Shown here: positions 9,026 to 17,491 of the stretch, in pieces | How the letters are laid out: each line of letters opens with the position of its first letter | Position numbering within the stretch: the first letter of the stretch is position 1 | From: Candidatus Zixiibacteriota bacterium | GTDB taxonomy: Bacteria; Zixibacteria; MSB-5A5; UBA10806; 4484-95 | Assembly (NCBI GenBank): GCA_029932605.1 | Contig: JAOZPT010000029.1 | Location: forward strand, 1-30,030 | Direction: 5' to 3' | Length of the DNA stretch: 30,030 nucleotides | The notes under the pieces: model-generated | The model's database searches: none | What the model was told of the DNA's origin: nothing | The model's input: the letters and a program-made list of their open reading frames with translations, nothing else | Translations under genes and position numbers: made by a program

Positions 9026-9197
9026 CGCAAACATAAGAACTATTTTAAGGCTTTTTGCGATGGTAAAAGAATATATTAAGTATATCTTAACCGAAAGAAT
9101 AACAAAAATTCCGGGGTGGTTTTTAAATAACATTATCAATGAAAATATGGGGGTAGAAATTAAACTCATGCCGATATCAGCAGTATAGGAGGAGATT

Positions 9198-9983
9198 TTG
9201 CAACCGTTAATGATAAATAAGAAAGACTTACTCTTACAAAGAAGTTTACCAAGCTTTGCGAAAATATATTTTTTAATCACTTTAAGTATTATTATGTGTT
9301 CTGGTAAAGTTTTAGCTCAAAAGACAAGTACCCTGATAAATTCTGATCCACCGGGAGTAATATTAAGTCTAGAAGGGGAGTATAGAATTACGGCAACAAC
9401 TCCTTGTCGTTTACCGGAGAATATAACCGGTTTCTATAGGCTTAAGGCAAGGCTAACCGGTTATGAGACGTGGGATGGGGAAATTATGATTTTACCCGGT
9501 CAGGATAATACTTTCTCATTTACTTTATCTCCGAAGACAAGATTCAAAGCAGGCTTGCGTTCTTTATTCTTCCCTGGGTGGGGGCAATATTATTCAGACC
9601 AGCGCTATCGAGCAGCTTTGTTAAGCCTGAGCACATTAGGTTTAGGGGTGGCTTCGTTGATTGCCGATGCTGATTATCGTAGAAAACGTGACGATTATTT
9701 CCAGGTTATGACCGATTTATCGAACGCCGTTACAGCTGAGGAGATTTTACAGCTTCGCAACCTGGCTCGCGAAAAAAACCGCCAAGCTTATGACGCCGAA
9801 ACCACCAGAAACGTTTTCATCGGGGTCACTGTTGGATTATGGGCTTATAATCTCATCGATGCCGTTATTTTTTTCCCGGAGAGAAAGTTTGTTTTCCAGA
9901 AACCTCTTACTATAGGTTTAAATCAGATCAAAGCTGATTTTGATGGTCAAGAAACAAACCTTAAATTAATAGTAATGTTTTAG
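9198..9983 (+). CDS. Exported protein with a PEGA-like N-terminal domain and a DUF5683-like C-terminal region
   Basis: Signal peptide-like ...KVLA/QK, INSDPPG..TTP..GYETW (PEGA-like), RSLFFPGWGQYY...LWAYNLIDA, C-terminal Phe. AGGAGGAG SD precedes the TTG. Confidence 0.65.
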   Translation: MQPLMINKKDLLLQRSLPSFAKIYFLITLSIIMCSGKVLAQKTSTLINSDPPGVILSLEGEYRITATTPCRLPENITGFYRLKARLTGYETWDGEIMILPGQDNTFSFTLSPKTRFKAGLRSLFFPGWGQYYSDQRYRAALLSLSTLGLGVASLIADADYRRKRDDYFQVMTDLSNAVTAEEILQLRNLAREKNRQAYDAETTRNVFIGVTVGLWAYNLIDAVIFFPERKFVFQKPLTIGLNQIKADFDGQETNLKLIVMF

Positions 9984-9992
9984 GGTAAAACA

Positions 9993-11531
9993 ATGACACG
10001 ATTAAAATATTTTCTTTTTTTATTTCTTATTGCTGGTTGTGACCGTGAGATACCCAATCCAATTATCAATCCCCCGGTTATGGATATTCCAACGACACCG
10101 ACGAATTTGACTGTTACACTTGGTGATAGAACCCTGTATCTTCGTTGGCAAATGCCAGATACATCCTCGGTAACGGCTTACCTGATTTACCGGGCGGATG
10201 GTGATGGCGCAGAGTATCTATTTATAGATACTTCATTGTCTTTAGAATATACCGACACAAATTTGCATAACGATATTCAGTATGGTTACAGGGTTTCGGC
10301 AATTAACTCAGATGATGTTGAGGGATGCCTATCTAATCCAGTTTTTGGTATCCCCGGCCTTTATGTGATAACTATAAACGATGGAGATCTGGTTACAAAT
10401 GTTCGCAATGTCAATCTATCATTGATAGCGCCAGCAAGTGCTATGTATATGATGGTTTCTAATTCCATGGATTTTGCAGATAGCCTATGGGAACCATATA
10501 TGGATACGAAACAATGGTTATTAACTTCAGAAAATGGTTTAAAAACAGTTTATGCGGTATTCCGCGATAGTCTTGCCAATTCAACGGAGGTGATATCGGA
10601 TGATATCACTTTCGAGATATTGCCCTATCAGTATTCAATCATTGCCAATCACAGGGCTGAGGTTGCTTATTCTCGAAATATTGAGTTAACGATTAGTGCC
10701 CCTGGGGGAACATCTTATATGATGGTGTCTGACAATCCTGATTTTGATGGTGGCCAGTGGGAGGATTTTGCTATATCAAGACAGTGGTTTGTATCAACGC
10801 AGTCTGCTGATAATCGTGACACCGTCTCGTTTTATGCTCGTTTCCGTGATGAATATGGAGATAGCGTAGCAATAGAGGTTTCAGATTCAATAATTTTAGT
10901 CTCAAGCGATCCTGTTGAACTGTTTGATGTGTATCAACCACCGGATCATTATCAATCGATTCAGCTACAATGGTCACAGTCGTTATCAGAGGATTTTTAT
11001 TGTTACAGGTTATTTCGGTCAAGGAGTTCAACCTCGTTAGATACGATAGTTGTGAATATAACAGATATCACCCAGACCGATTTCATTGATAATATAAATA
11101 TTACAGATCTTACAGATTCCACTCCTGATTCTGTTTATTATATGTTGAGGTTTTACAGCATTTATGGTGATTCATCGGATTCTGATACTATTTTGGTTAT
11201 TCTGCAAAATACACAACCTTCATCGGTTATTTGTTTCATTAGAGATATCGTATACGAGTTAAACGACTTGGGCAATATCGACCTTAGCGCAACTATAGGT
11301 TGGTCGAGAAGCAATATCCCTGATTTTTGGCATTATGTTGTATATGAGAATACAGCTCTGGACACCACTGGCGCTGTGCCCATTGGTTATGTCTATGACA
11401 ACCAGACGCTTTCTTTTGATATAATTAAAAACAATGTTGACACCCTGACCGTTTATTATTACTGGCTTAAGGTGTTCGATATCGGCGGTCAGGTTTCGGA
11501 GTTTTCTTTGCCAGACTCGATCTATTATTAA
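9993..11531 (+). CDS. Lipoprotein with fibronectin type III domains and two tandem Ig-like repeats
   Basis: Lipobox LIAG/C; FN3 pattern PTTPTNL..LRW..YLIYR..YTD..YGYRVSA; duplicated module (..YMMVS..DF....W.....W.....Y..FRD); two more FN3-like W/Y modules at the C-terminus. Confidence 0.8.
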   Translation: MTRLKYFLFLFLIAGCDREIPNPIINPPVMDIPTTPTNLTVTLGDRTLYLRWQMPDTSSVTAYLIYRADGDGAEYLFIDTSLSLEYTDTNLHNDIQYGYRVSAINSDDVEGCLSNPVFGIPGLYVITINDGDLVTNVRNVNLSLIAPASAMYMMVSNSMDFADSLWEPYMDTKQWLLTSENGLKTVYAVFRDSLANSTEVISDDITFEILPYQYSIIANHRAEVAYSRNIELTISAPGGTSYMMVSDNPDFDGGQWEDFAISRQWFVSTQSADNRDTVSFYARFRDEYGDSVAIEVSDSIILVSSDPVELFDVYQPPDHYQSIQLQWSQSLSEDFYCYRLFRSRSSTSLDTIVVNITDITQTDFIDNINITDLTDSTPDSVYYMLRFYSIYGDSSDSDTILVILQNTQPSSVICFIRDIVYELNDLGNIDLSATIGWSRSNIPDFWHYVVYENTALDTTGAVPIGYVYDNQTLSFDIIKNNVDTLTVYYYWLKVFDIGGQVSEFSLPDSIYY

Positions 11532-11641
11532 TTTTAAAAAGGATATTTCGATTCGGATATCGAATTGATTTAGACGGATTCTGCTGGTTAGATTATAAAG
11601 TATCTTGATTAATCTTTAAGATAACCGATTAATTAATCTGT

Positions 11642-13396
11642 ATGTCGAAAAAAGATTATTTTATGGCTATCAGCTTAGTGATTGCCAGTTTTTTATATTA
11701 TTTCTGGCAGGCCTGCCCGAGTTTTTATTTTTGGGATAGTGCTGAACTGGCTACCGCCATATCCTGCAGGGGCATACCTCACCCGCCAGGCTTCCCTTTA
11801 TATCTGTTAACTGCTGGGCTGTTGGACCAGGTTTTACCGTTTGATAGTGGTAGGACAACAACATTGTTTTCGGTTATATGCATTTCGATCTCGGTGGGAT
11901 TATTTTACCTGGGTACTTTAAAATTGATAAGTTTTGTTTTGAAACCGGCTTGGGTGAGAAGGTTGAGTGCTCTGACGGTGACAATTGGATTGATCTTATC
12001 ATATTCTCTTTCTGCCCAAGCAACCAGAGCTGAGGTTTATGCATTAAACTTTCTTATCTATTCTCTGGCGATATTTTTTATAGGCGAGGTTTTTCTTCTC
12101 CCTCAAAACCTGTTTAAGAGGAGGCGAGCGTTCATATTGGCTTTATATCTAATCGGGCTGGGATTGGCCAATCATCATCTTACAATAGCCCTTCTCTTAC
12201 CGGCAATTTTTTATTTAGGATTTAGAGAGAGATTAAATTTATCGTTTATAACCATAGCTATAACTTCGGTTGTTTTTCCACTGTCGATTTATTTATTACT
12301 TATCATTTATGCTGGTCACAAGCCGGATTTAAACTGGGGAAATCCAACGAACATTTATGCCCTAATTGATGTGTTAACATTAAAAGGTTTTACTCTATCC
12401 ATGGAGTTTTTCAGTATAGGCCATCTTATAGATAATTTCATTTTTGATGTATCACTTATCTTCAAACAGACCGGCCCCATTTTAGCACTTTTTGCCATAA
12501 TAGGTTTAATAGTAATGAATAAAACAAATAAAAAATTGTTTTTCTTTTTAGCCATTATTTTATTTTTTAACCTTGTCTCGACAATTTTTAATGAAACATA
12601 TTACTATGAAAACATGGATATCCACGGTTACCTTTTGTTTTCCATAGCCGTTGTTATGGTCTTTTCGGCAGTGGGATTTGGCTATACTGTTTTATGGATG
12701 GGTAGAAAATATAGGGCGATTGTGTTTTTGCTTGCGGGAATCCCCGCAATCGTTGTTCCAGGATATGCCAATTTCAAAAGTGCTGATCTTTCGAACAATT
12801 ATTCGGCTAAAGAACTCTCAAAGAAACTTGTGGATGAATGCACCCGGGATGCTGTAGTGTTTACATCCTCATATAATACATATTTCATAATCAAAGCCGT
12901 CCAAAATGTTTATGGGTATCGAAAGGATTTAAAAGTATTTAATATTTATTTGTTTGAAAGCGAAAAGTACCGAGATTATGTATTAGATCGTTTCAAAATA
13001 GAACATCATGGTTCAGCGCCAGATGAGGATATGGAATTTTATCGGTATCTTATGAATAATTATAAAGATAATACCGAAATTTATATTGAGTATGATGATA
13101 AGTCATTACCCTTGCGCAATTATCTCTGGCCTGAGGGGCTGTTAATGAGGTTTAAAAATGATAGGTTTGCACCGGATAGTTTGAATGAAAGTGAATTTTT
13201 CGGAGAAAACATAAAAAGATTTGAGAATTATTGTCAGAATGGCACGGATTATGAAGAACTTAAAAGTATAATATGGTTTATTCATAATCATGGGTTGTTT
13301 TTTAAGGCGCACGGTAAAGTTGATTTGGCGGAGATGTATTTTAGTGAGGTTGAGAAAGTTACGTTGGACTTTCTGGGTAAGGCAGGTAAAAGGTAA
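11642..13396 (+). CDS. DUF2723 / TMEM260-like GT-C membrane glycosyltransferase
   Basis: WDSAEL...GIPHPPGFPLY, QATRAEVYALN, GLGLANHHL, LNWGNP; about 11 TM segments plus a C-terminal soluble domain. Confidence 0.8.
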   Translation: MSKKDYFMAISLVIASFLYYFWQACPSFYFWDSAELATAISCRGIPHPPGFPLYLLTAGLLDQVLPFDSGRTTTLFSVICISISVGLFYLGTLKLISFVLKPAWVRRLSALTVTIGLILSYSLSAQATRAEVYALNFLIYSLAIFFIGEVFLLPQNLFKRRRAFILALYLIGLGLANHHLTIALLLPAIFYLGFRERLNLSFITIAITSVVFPLSIYLLLIIYAGHKPDLNWGNPTNIYALIDVLTLKGFTLSMEFFSIGHLIDNFIFDVSLIFKQTGPILALFAIIGLIVMNKTNKKLFFFLAIILFFNLVSTIFNETYYYENMDIHGYLLFSIAVVMVFSAVGFGYTVLWMGRKYRAIVFLLAGIPAIVVPGYANFKSADLSNNYSAKELSKKLVDECTRDAVVFTSSYNTYFIIKAVQNVYGYRKDLKVFNIYLFESEKYRDYVLDRFKIEHHGSAPDEDMEFYRYLMNNYKDNTEIYIEYDDKSLPLRNYLWPEGLLMRFKNDRFAPDSLNESEFFGENIKRFENYCQNGTDYEELKSIIWFIHNHGLFFKAHGKVDLAEMYFSEVEKVTLDFLGKAGKR

Positions 13397-13398
13397 AA

Positions 13399-13818
13399 AT
13401 GATGAAAATGTCAGAACGCGGTTTCACATTAATTGAATTGATGATTGTGGTTGTTATCATAGGTATTCTGGCAGCCTTGGCTGTTCCACAATTTATGAGA
13501 ACCGGAGCCAAAGCAAAACAATCTGAGGCTAAGGAAGTTTTAAAGCAGATTTACACTATGCAAAGAGCTTATTTTATTGAGAATGATTCTTACTGTCTTA
13601 ATGGTGTTGTTGCTGACGCAACAAACCAAACAGCATACGCTTTATTGGCAGTGGAGATTATGCCAACTGCAAGGTACACGTATACTATGACTGTTGTTGG
13701 GCAGAATCAGTTTACCTGTACAGCCAGAGCCAATCTCGATGATGATGTCACTATTGACACTTGGATTATAGATCAGAACGGTAATCTTACAAATTTGATT
13801 GATGATTCTCAATTGTGA
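13399..13818 (+). CDS. Type IV pilin, paralogue 1
   Basis: Class III signal peptide RG/FTLIELMIVVVIIGILAALAVP. Starts 2 nt after the GT-C stop; the ATG could be 13399, 13402 or 13408. Confidence 0.93.
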   Translation: MMKMSERGFTLIELMIVVVIIGILAALAVPQFMRTGAKAKQSEAKEVLKQIYTMQRAYFIENDSYCLNGVVADATNQTAYALLAVEIMPTARYTYTMTVVGQNQFTCTARANLDDDVTIDTWIIDQNGNLTNLIDDSQL

Positions 13819-14013
13819 TGGAAAACCGTTGATTAGCGATCCTGGAGAAGATGTTTAACTAACAGTATCTTACCAGCTTATATCAATTTTTAATATTTTG
13901 TAAACCTCATTTAACTCAATAAATTATAAAAGTTATACTTAAATGGTGACGCATGGCCTCGTATATGTGATAACATTATTTTCTTTAACACAGTTTGAAA
14001 CATTATTCATTGT

Positions 14014-14035
14014 TTTGCATTTTGCAAAATGCAAA
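14014..14035. promoter_or_regulatory. Perfect 22-bp palindrome, candidate upstream activator site
   Basis: TTTGCATTTTG|CAAAATGCAAA, centred about 130 bp upstream of the sigma54 -24 box. Confidence 0.55.
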
Positions 14036-14156
14036 TGATATTTTGAATAAAACTCAATATATCCATAAAAGTGTGGTTTTTGCATATCATTCGTAACAGT
14101 ATACCGTTAATCATGTTATATGTGACCGATTATTATTTTTGGTGAAAATATTTTAA

Positions 14157-14172
14157 TGGCACGGCATTTGTA
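14157..14172 (+). promoter_or_regulatory. Sigma54 (-24/-12) promoter of the major pilin
   Basis: TGGCAC-GGCAT-TTGTA versus consensus TGGCAC-N5-TTGCW (one mismatch at -12). Confidence 0.75.
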
Positions 14173-14281
14173 ATAATTAGAGTGTGATGAGGATAAATTC
14201 AAGAGATGAAACTAAAGTAAAAGAGATGGGTAACGATAAAAAAATTAGAAACAATTAACCCTAAAACCAGTGAGGTGAGTA

Positions 14282-14707
14282 ATGTTGAGTAAATTCCACA
14301 GAAGTAACAAAGGTTTCACACTGATCGAGTTGATGATTGTGGTTGTTATCATCGGCATTTTGGCTGCTCTGGCTATTCCCAGGTTCATGCGTTCAACAAC
14401 CAAGGCTAAGCAATCAGAGGCCAAACAACTTTTAAAGCAGATTTATACGATGCAAAGAGCTTATCGGCAGGAATTTAACAGTTACGCATGCAACGGTGTG
14501 ACAGCCAACGCTGCAAACCCGTCGACTTTTGCTGTAATTGGTGTTGATATAGGTTCTACAGCTCGTTACACCTATGTAATGACGGCCGCCGTGAACACTT
14601 TCTCTTGCCAGGCTACCGCAAACCTTGACGATGATGCGACCATTGATACCTGGACAATAAACCAGAACGGAACTCTCACGAATACTATAAACGACGCTGT
14701 CCAGTGA
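14282..14707 (+). CDS. pilA: Type IV major pilin, paralogue 2
   Basis: KG/FTLIELMIVVVIIGILAALAIPRF; GAGGTG SD; has its own sigma54 promoter and terminator. Confidence 0.93.
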   Translation: MLSKFHRSNKGFTLIELMIVVVIIGILAALAIPRFMRSTTKAKQSEAKQLLKQIYTMQRAYRQEFNSYACNGVTANAANPSTFAVIGVDIGSTARYTYVMTAAVNTFSCQATANLDDDATIDTWTINQNGTLTNTINDAVQ

Positions 14708-14727
14708 TTAATGCTATGTTAAGCTTG

Positions 14728-14753
14728 AGGGGACTATTAAGTCCCCTTTTTTT
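14728..14753 (+). terminator. Intrinsic terminator after pilA
   Basis: AGGGGACT-ATTA-AGTCCCCT followed by a T-run. Confidence 0.88.
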
Positions 14754-14790
14754 ATTTACAGATTGATTTTGATAACGTAAATATTTGATT

Positions 14791-15585
14791 ATGTTGGAAA
14801 TTATCTCTTTTGTTTTTGTTTTCTTAGTTGGTTTGATTGTGGGAAGTTTTGTTAATGTTTGTATTTATCGTATTCCACGAAAGATATCGATTATAAAACC
14901 TCGTTCTCGATGCCCAGCCTGCCAGTCTCCCATCAAAGCTTTGGATAATATACCGCTAATCAGTTTTGTTATTTTAGGTGGTAAATGTCGTAACTGTGGT
15001 GCGAAAATAAGCTGGCGTTATCCTCTGGTTGAGCTTGCTAATGGATTTTTGTATGTACTGGCATTTAATCTTATTCTACATGGCCGTGACAACTGGGGTA
15101 TATTTGTTGTAGCTTTGTATCTATCCACTGTGTTTTTGATAATTTTTTTTATAGACCTGGATTTTAGGATAATCCCGGACTCTTTAACTATATCTGGAAT
15201 AATCATAGGCTTGGCTGTGAGTTTTTTACCGTGCATGCATCTTCGCTGGCTAGACTCCTTTGTCGGTTTTTTTATTGGAGGTGCATTATTTTTGACAATT
15301 GCAGAGGTAGGGGATAGGATTTTTAAGAAGGAAAGCATGGGTGGTGGAGATATTAAGCTGGCTGCAATGATGGGGGCATTTCTTGGTTGGAAAAACATTC
15401 TGCTGGTTCTGGTTATTGCCTCTTTTCTGGGAGTTGTATTCGGTGTGGTATTGATATTATCGGCCAAGGATAAAATTTCTGCCCGGACTATACCATTCGG
15501 TCCATATCTTGTTATAGCAGGTTTAATCGCATTCTATTGGGGAGAGCAGATTATCCGCTACTATCTGGAATTTATTAGCCGTTAA
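14791..15585 (+). CDS. pilD: Prepilin peptidase / N-methyltransferase
   Basis: GSFVNVCIYRIP, SRCPAC..GKCRNC, FIDLDFRIIPD, MGGGDIKL, IPFGPYL. Start is ATG 14791 or TTG 14785. Confidence 0.95.
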   Translation: MLEIISFVFVFLVGLIVGSFVNVCIYRIPRKISIIKPRSRCPACQSPIKALDNIPLISFVILGGKCRNCGAKISWRYPLVELANGFLYVLAFNLILHGRDNWGIFVVALYLSTVFLIIFFIDLDFRIIPDSLTISGIIIGLAVSFLPCMHLRWLDSFVGFFIGGALFLTIAEVGDRIFKKESMGGGDIKLAAMMGAFLGWKNILLVLVIASFLGVVFGVVLILSAKDKISARTIPFGPYLVIAGLIAFYWGEQIIRYYLEFISR

Positions 15586-15591
15586 TCAGTT

Positions 15592-15617
15592 TTAACTCGT
15601 TTATTACTTGCCGATAA
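15592..15617 (+). promoter_or_regulatory. Sigma28 (FliA/WhiG)-like promoter
   Basis: Exact GCCGATAA at 15610-15617 with TTAA 14 nt upstream; GTG start 7 nt downstream with no SD. Confidence 0.45.
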
Positions 15618-15624
15618 TTAATAT

Positions 15625-17469
15625 GTGAAAAAGACGGGAAGAAAATGGCATTTTTCCGATAGTTACGAGATAGAGATAAAGGTTTCATTGGTTCTGCTTG
15701 TAGGTTTTCTCCTTTCTCTAAATTTTATATCATCATACTCCCTTGGCAAGGCTCGTCTTGCCCAGCACAAAGGTTTCATCTCTAATATGGAATTAACTCT
15801 GGAATTCATTCAGAAAAATATCGAAATGAATTTTATGCGTTTACCTGATGGTGGTTACTTGAATGATGTTTCTTTTCTGGCGGGTATAGATAGAATTGAG
15901 ATAGAGGATAGCCTTGGCGTCAAGTTATTGGAGGTTAGTAATGAACTATCACAACCAGATGAGAAGGAAAACAAAATAGTTAAAACGGCACCGGTTCACG
16001 ATAAAAACGGAAATATTATTTATTACATTGTTGTGTCAGGTGTAAACAGGGAGGGGAAAAACCTTCGTCGCTTGGCATATTTTGATATGGTTTTCAGGAT
16101 CTTGGGTTTAATTGCAGGTTTGATTGTAGCGTTTCTTTTTATAAGATCGGTGCTTAATCCATACAAGAAGATTAAAAAAGAGGCTTGTAGATTGAACCTT
16201 CCTCAGATTGATTTTGATGATATCGACGATGTTGAGTATGCCGTTCGCATATTCCAGGGAGTAATTAAGGAATTGAAAGAGAAAGAGACATTGCTTAAGG
16301 CGATGTACGATAATTCTGAGAAAAGAGCTGATTCTTTGGCACGCTACAATGAATATATCCTGGGAAGTATATCCTCTGGGGTAATAATATGTGATATCCA
16401 GGGTATTATTACCCGATTCAATCGCTCTGCGGAAAGGATCATAGGATATGACCATCACTATGCCCAGGGACGACATTTTAATGAACTGTTTGGGAAAAAA
16501 CATCGCATATCGCAGATATTGAACGATGCTTTGAAGAATAATAAGACATATTCTCGAATAGAGTTCGAGATTGCTTGCAAGAACAAAGGGAAATTGTGGA
16601 TAGGTTTGTCATCGTCACTGATATCCGATAACGATAACAATAAAATAGGTGCAGCAGTCCTTCTGACAGACTTGACCCAGATAAAGAAACTTCAAGAGTT
16701 TTCTAATTTCACAGAGAAGATGACAGCTATGAGTGAGATGTCGGCGGGGCTTGCTCATGAGCTTCGTAATTCAATTACAGCTATAGTGGGGTTCGTTAAG
16801 CTCTTAAAGAAAATATTACCACCCAATGGAAGAGCTTTAGCCATTGCAGAAATGATAATCTCTGAATCCGTTGCTACCGAGGAGATGTTGTGCCGATTTC
16901 TAAATTTTGTAAAACCGCTCAATGTCGTTCCTGCAAAAGTAAATGTAGGTCAACTACTGAAAGAATGCCTTAACCTAACGGTTGATATGCAACGGAATAA
17001 GAAAATAACAGTAACATTTGAAGATAACACTGATAACCGTCAGATAATGGCCGACCCAATGCTTCTAAAAAATGCGTTTTCAAACCTGATTATGAATGCT
17101 TACCAGGCAATGGGGGAAAATGGTGTTTTAACCGTTGTAGTAAGCTATGACGAGAAACAAAGGAAGGTTAAGGTAAAAATTAGCGATACCGGAAAAGGTA
17201 TCGCAAAGGATGACTTAAATAAAATCTTCAATCCCTTTTTCACAACCAGGGATAAAGGAACTGGCATGGGTTTGGCGCTGGTGCAGAAGATAATTAAAGG
17301 TCACATGGGGACAATAGAGATCGAGAGCTATTTAAATAAGGGGACAACTTTTACGGTTTCTCTTCCTGACGAAGCTATCGGATATGTAAAGGATAGTGGT
17401 GCTGAAAAGGAAAAGGAAAACGGGGATAAGGAAATTGGGGAGGACGTTTCTCAAGCGATCTTTGGATAA
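15625..17469 (+). CDS. Membrane PAS-domain sensor histidine kinase (PilS/NtrB/AtoS-like)
   Basis: Two TM segments, PAS (FNRSAERIIG), H-box LAHELRN, N-box NLIMNAYQAM, DTGKGI, FNPFFTT, GTGMGL. Confidence 0.92.
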   Translation: MKKTGRKWHFSDSYEIEIKVSLVLLVGFLLSLNFISSYSLGKARLAQHKGFISNMELTLEFIQKNIEMNFMRLPDGGYLNDVSFLAGIDRIEIEDSLGVKLLEVSNELSQPDEKENKIVKTAPVHDKNGNIIYYIVVSGVNREGKNLRRLAYFDMVFRILGLIAGLIVAFLFIRSVLNPYKKIKKEACRLNLPQIDFDDIDDVEYAVRIFQGVIKELKEKETLLKAMYDNSEKRADSLARYNEYILGSISSGVIICDIQGIITRFNRSAERIIGYDHHYAQGRHFNELFGKKHRISQILNDALKNNKTYSRIEFEIACKNKGKLWIGLSSSLISDNDNNKIGAAVLLTDLTQIKKLQEFSNFTEKMTAMSEMSAGLAHELRNSITAIVGFVKLLKKILPPNGRALAIAEMIISESVATEEMLCRFLNFVKPLNVVPAKVNVGQLLKECLNLTVDMQRNKKITVTFEDNTDNRQIMADPMLLKNAFSNLIMNAYQAMGENGVLTVVVSYDEKQRKVKVKISDTGKGIAKDDLNKIFNPFFTTRDKGTGMGLALVQKIIKGHMGTIEIESYLNKGTTFTVSLPDEAIGYVKDSGAEKEKENGDKEIGEDVSQAIFG

Positions 17470-17491
17470 GTTGTAATGATTTTGAGGTAAG

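Noticed and set aside
9023..9280. 85-aa minus-strand ORF
   Set aside because: Overlaps the SD and start of the 9198 gene, has low-complexity AT-rich composition, and shows no motif.
9981..9995. TAG reassignment: TAG at 9981 is in frame with the next ATG (9993), and TAG 17567 is in frame with rsgA
   Set aside because: The long conserved genes contain no internal TAG. The 9198 protein ends in a plausible terminal Phe, and the next ORF has its own lipoprotein signal, so TAG behaves as a stop.
13399..14707. Conductive 'e-pili' linked to the ccm operon
   Set aside because: The pilins are full length (about 130 aa) with 11 F/Y/W each (about 8.5%) and lack the Geobacter Y27/Y32 equivalents. No cytochrome is encoded here, and proximity to ccm is not evidence.
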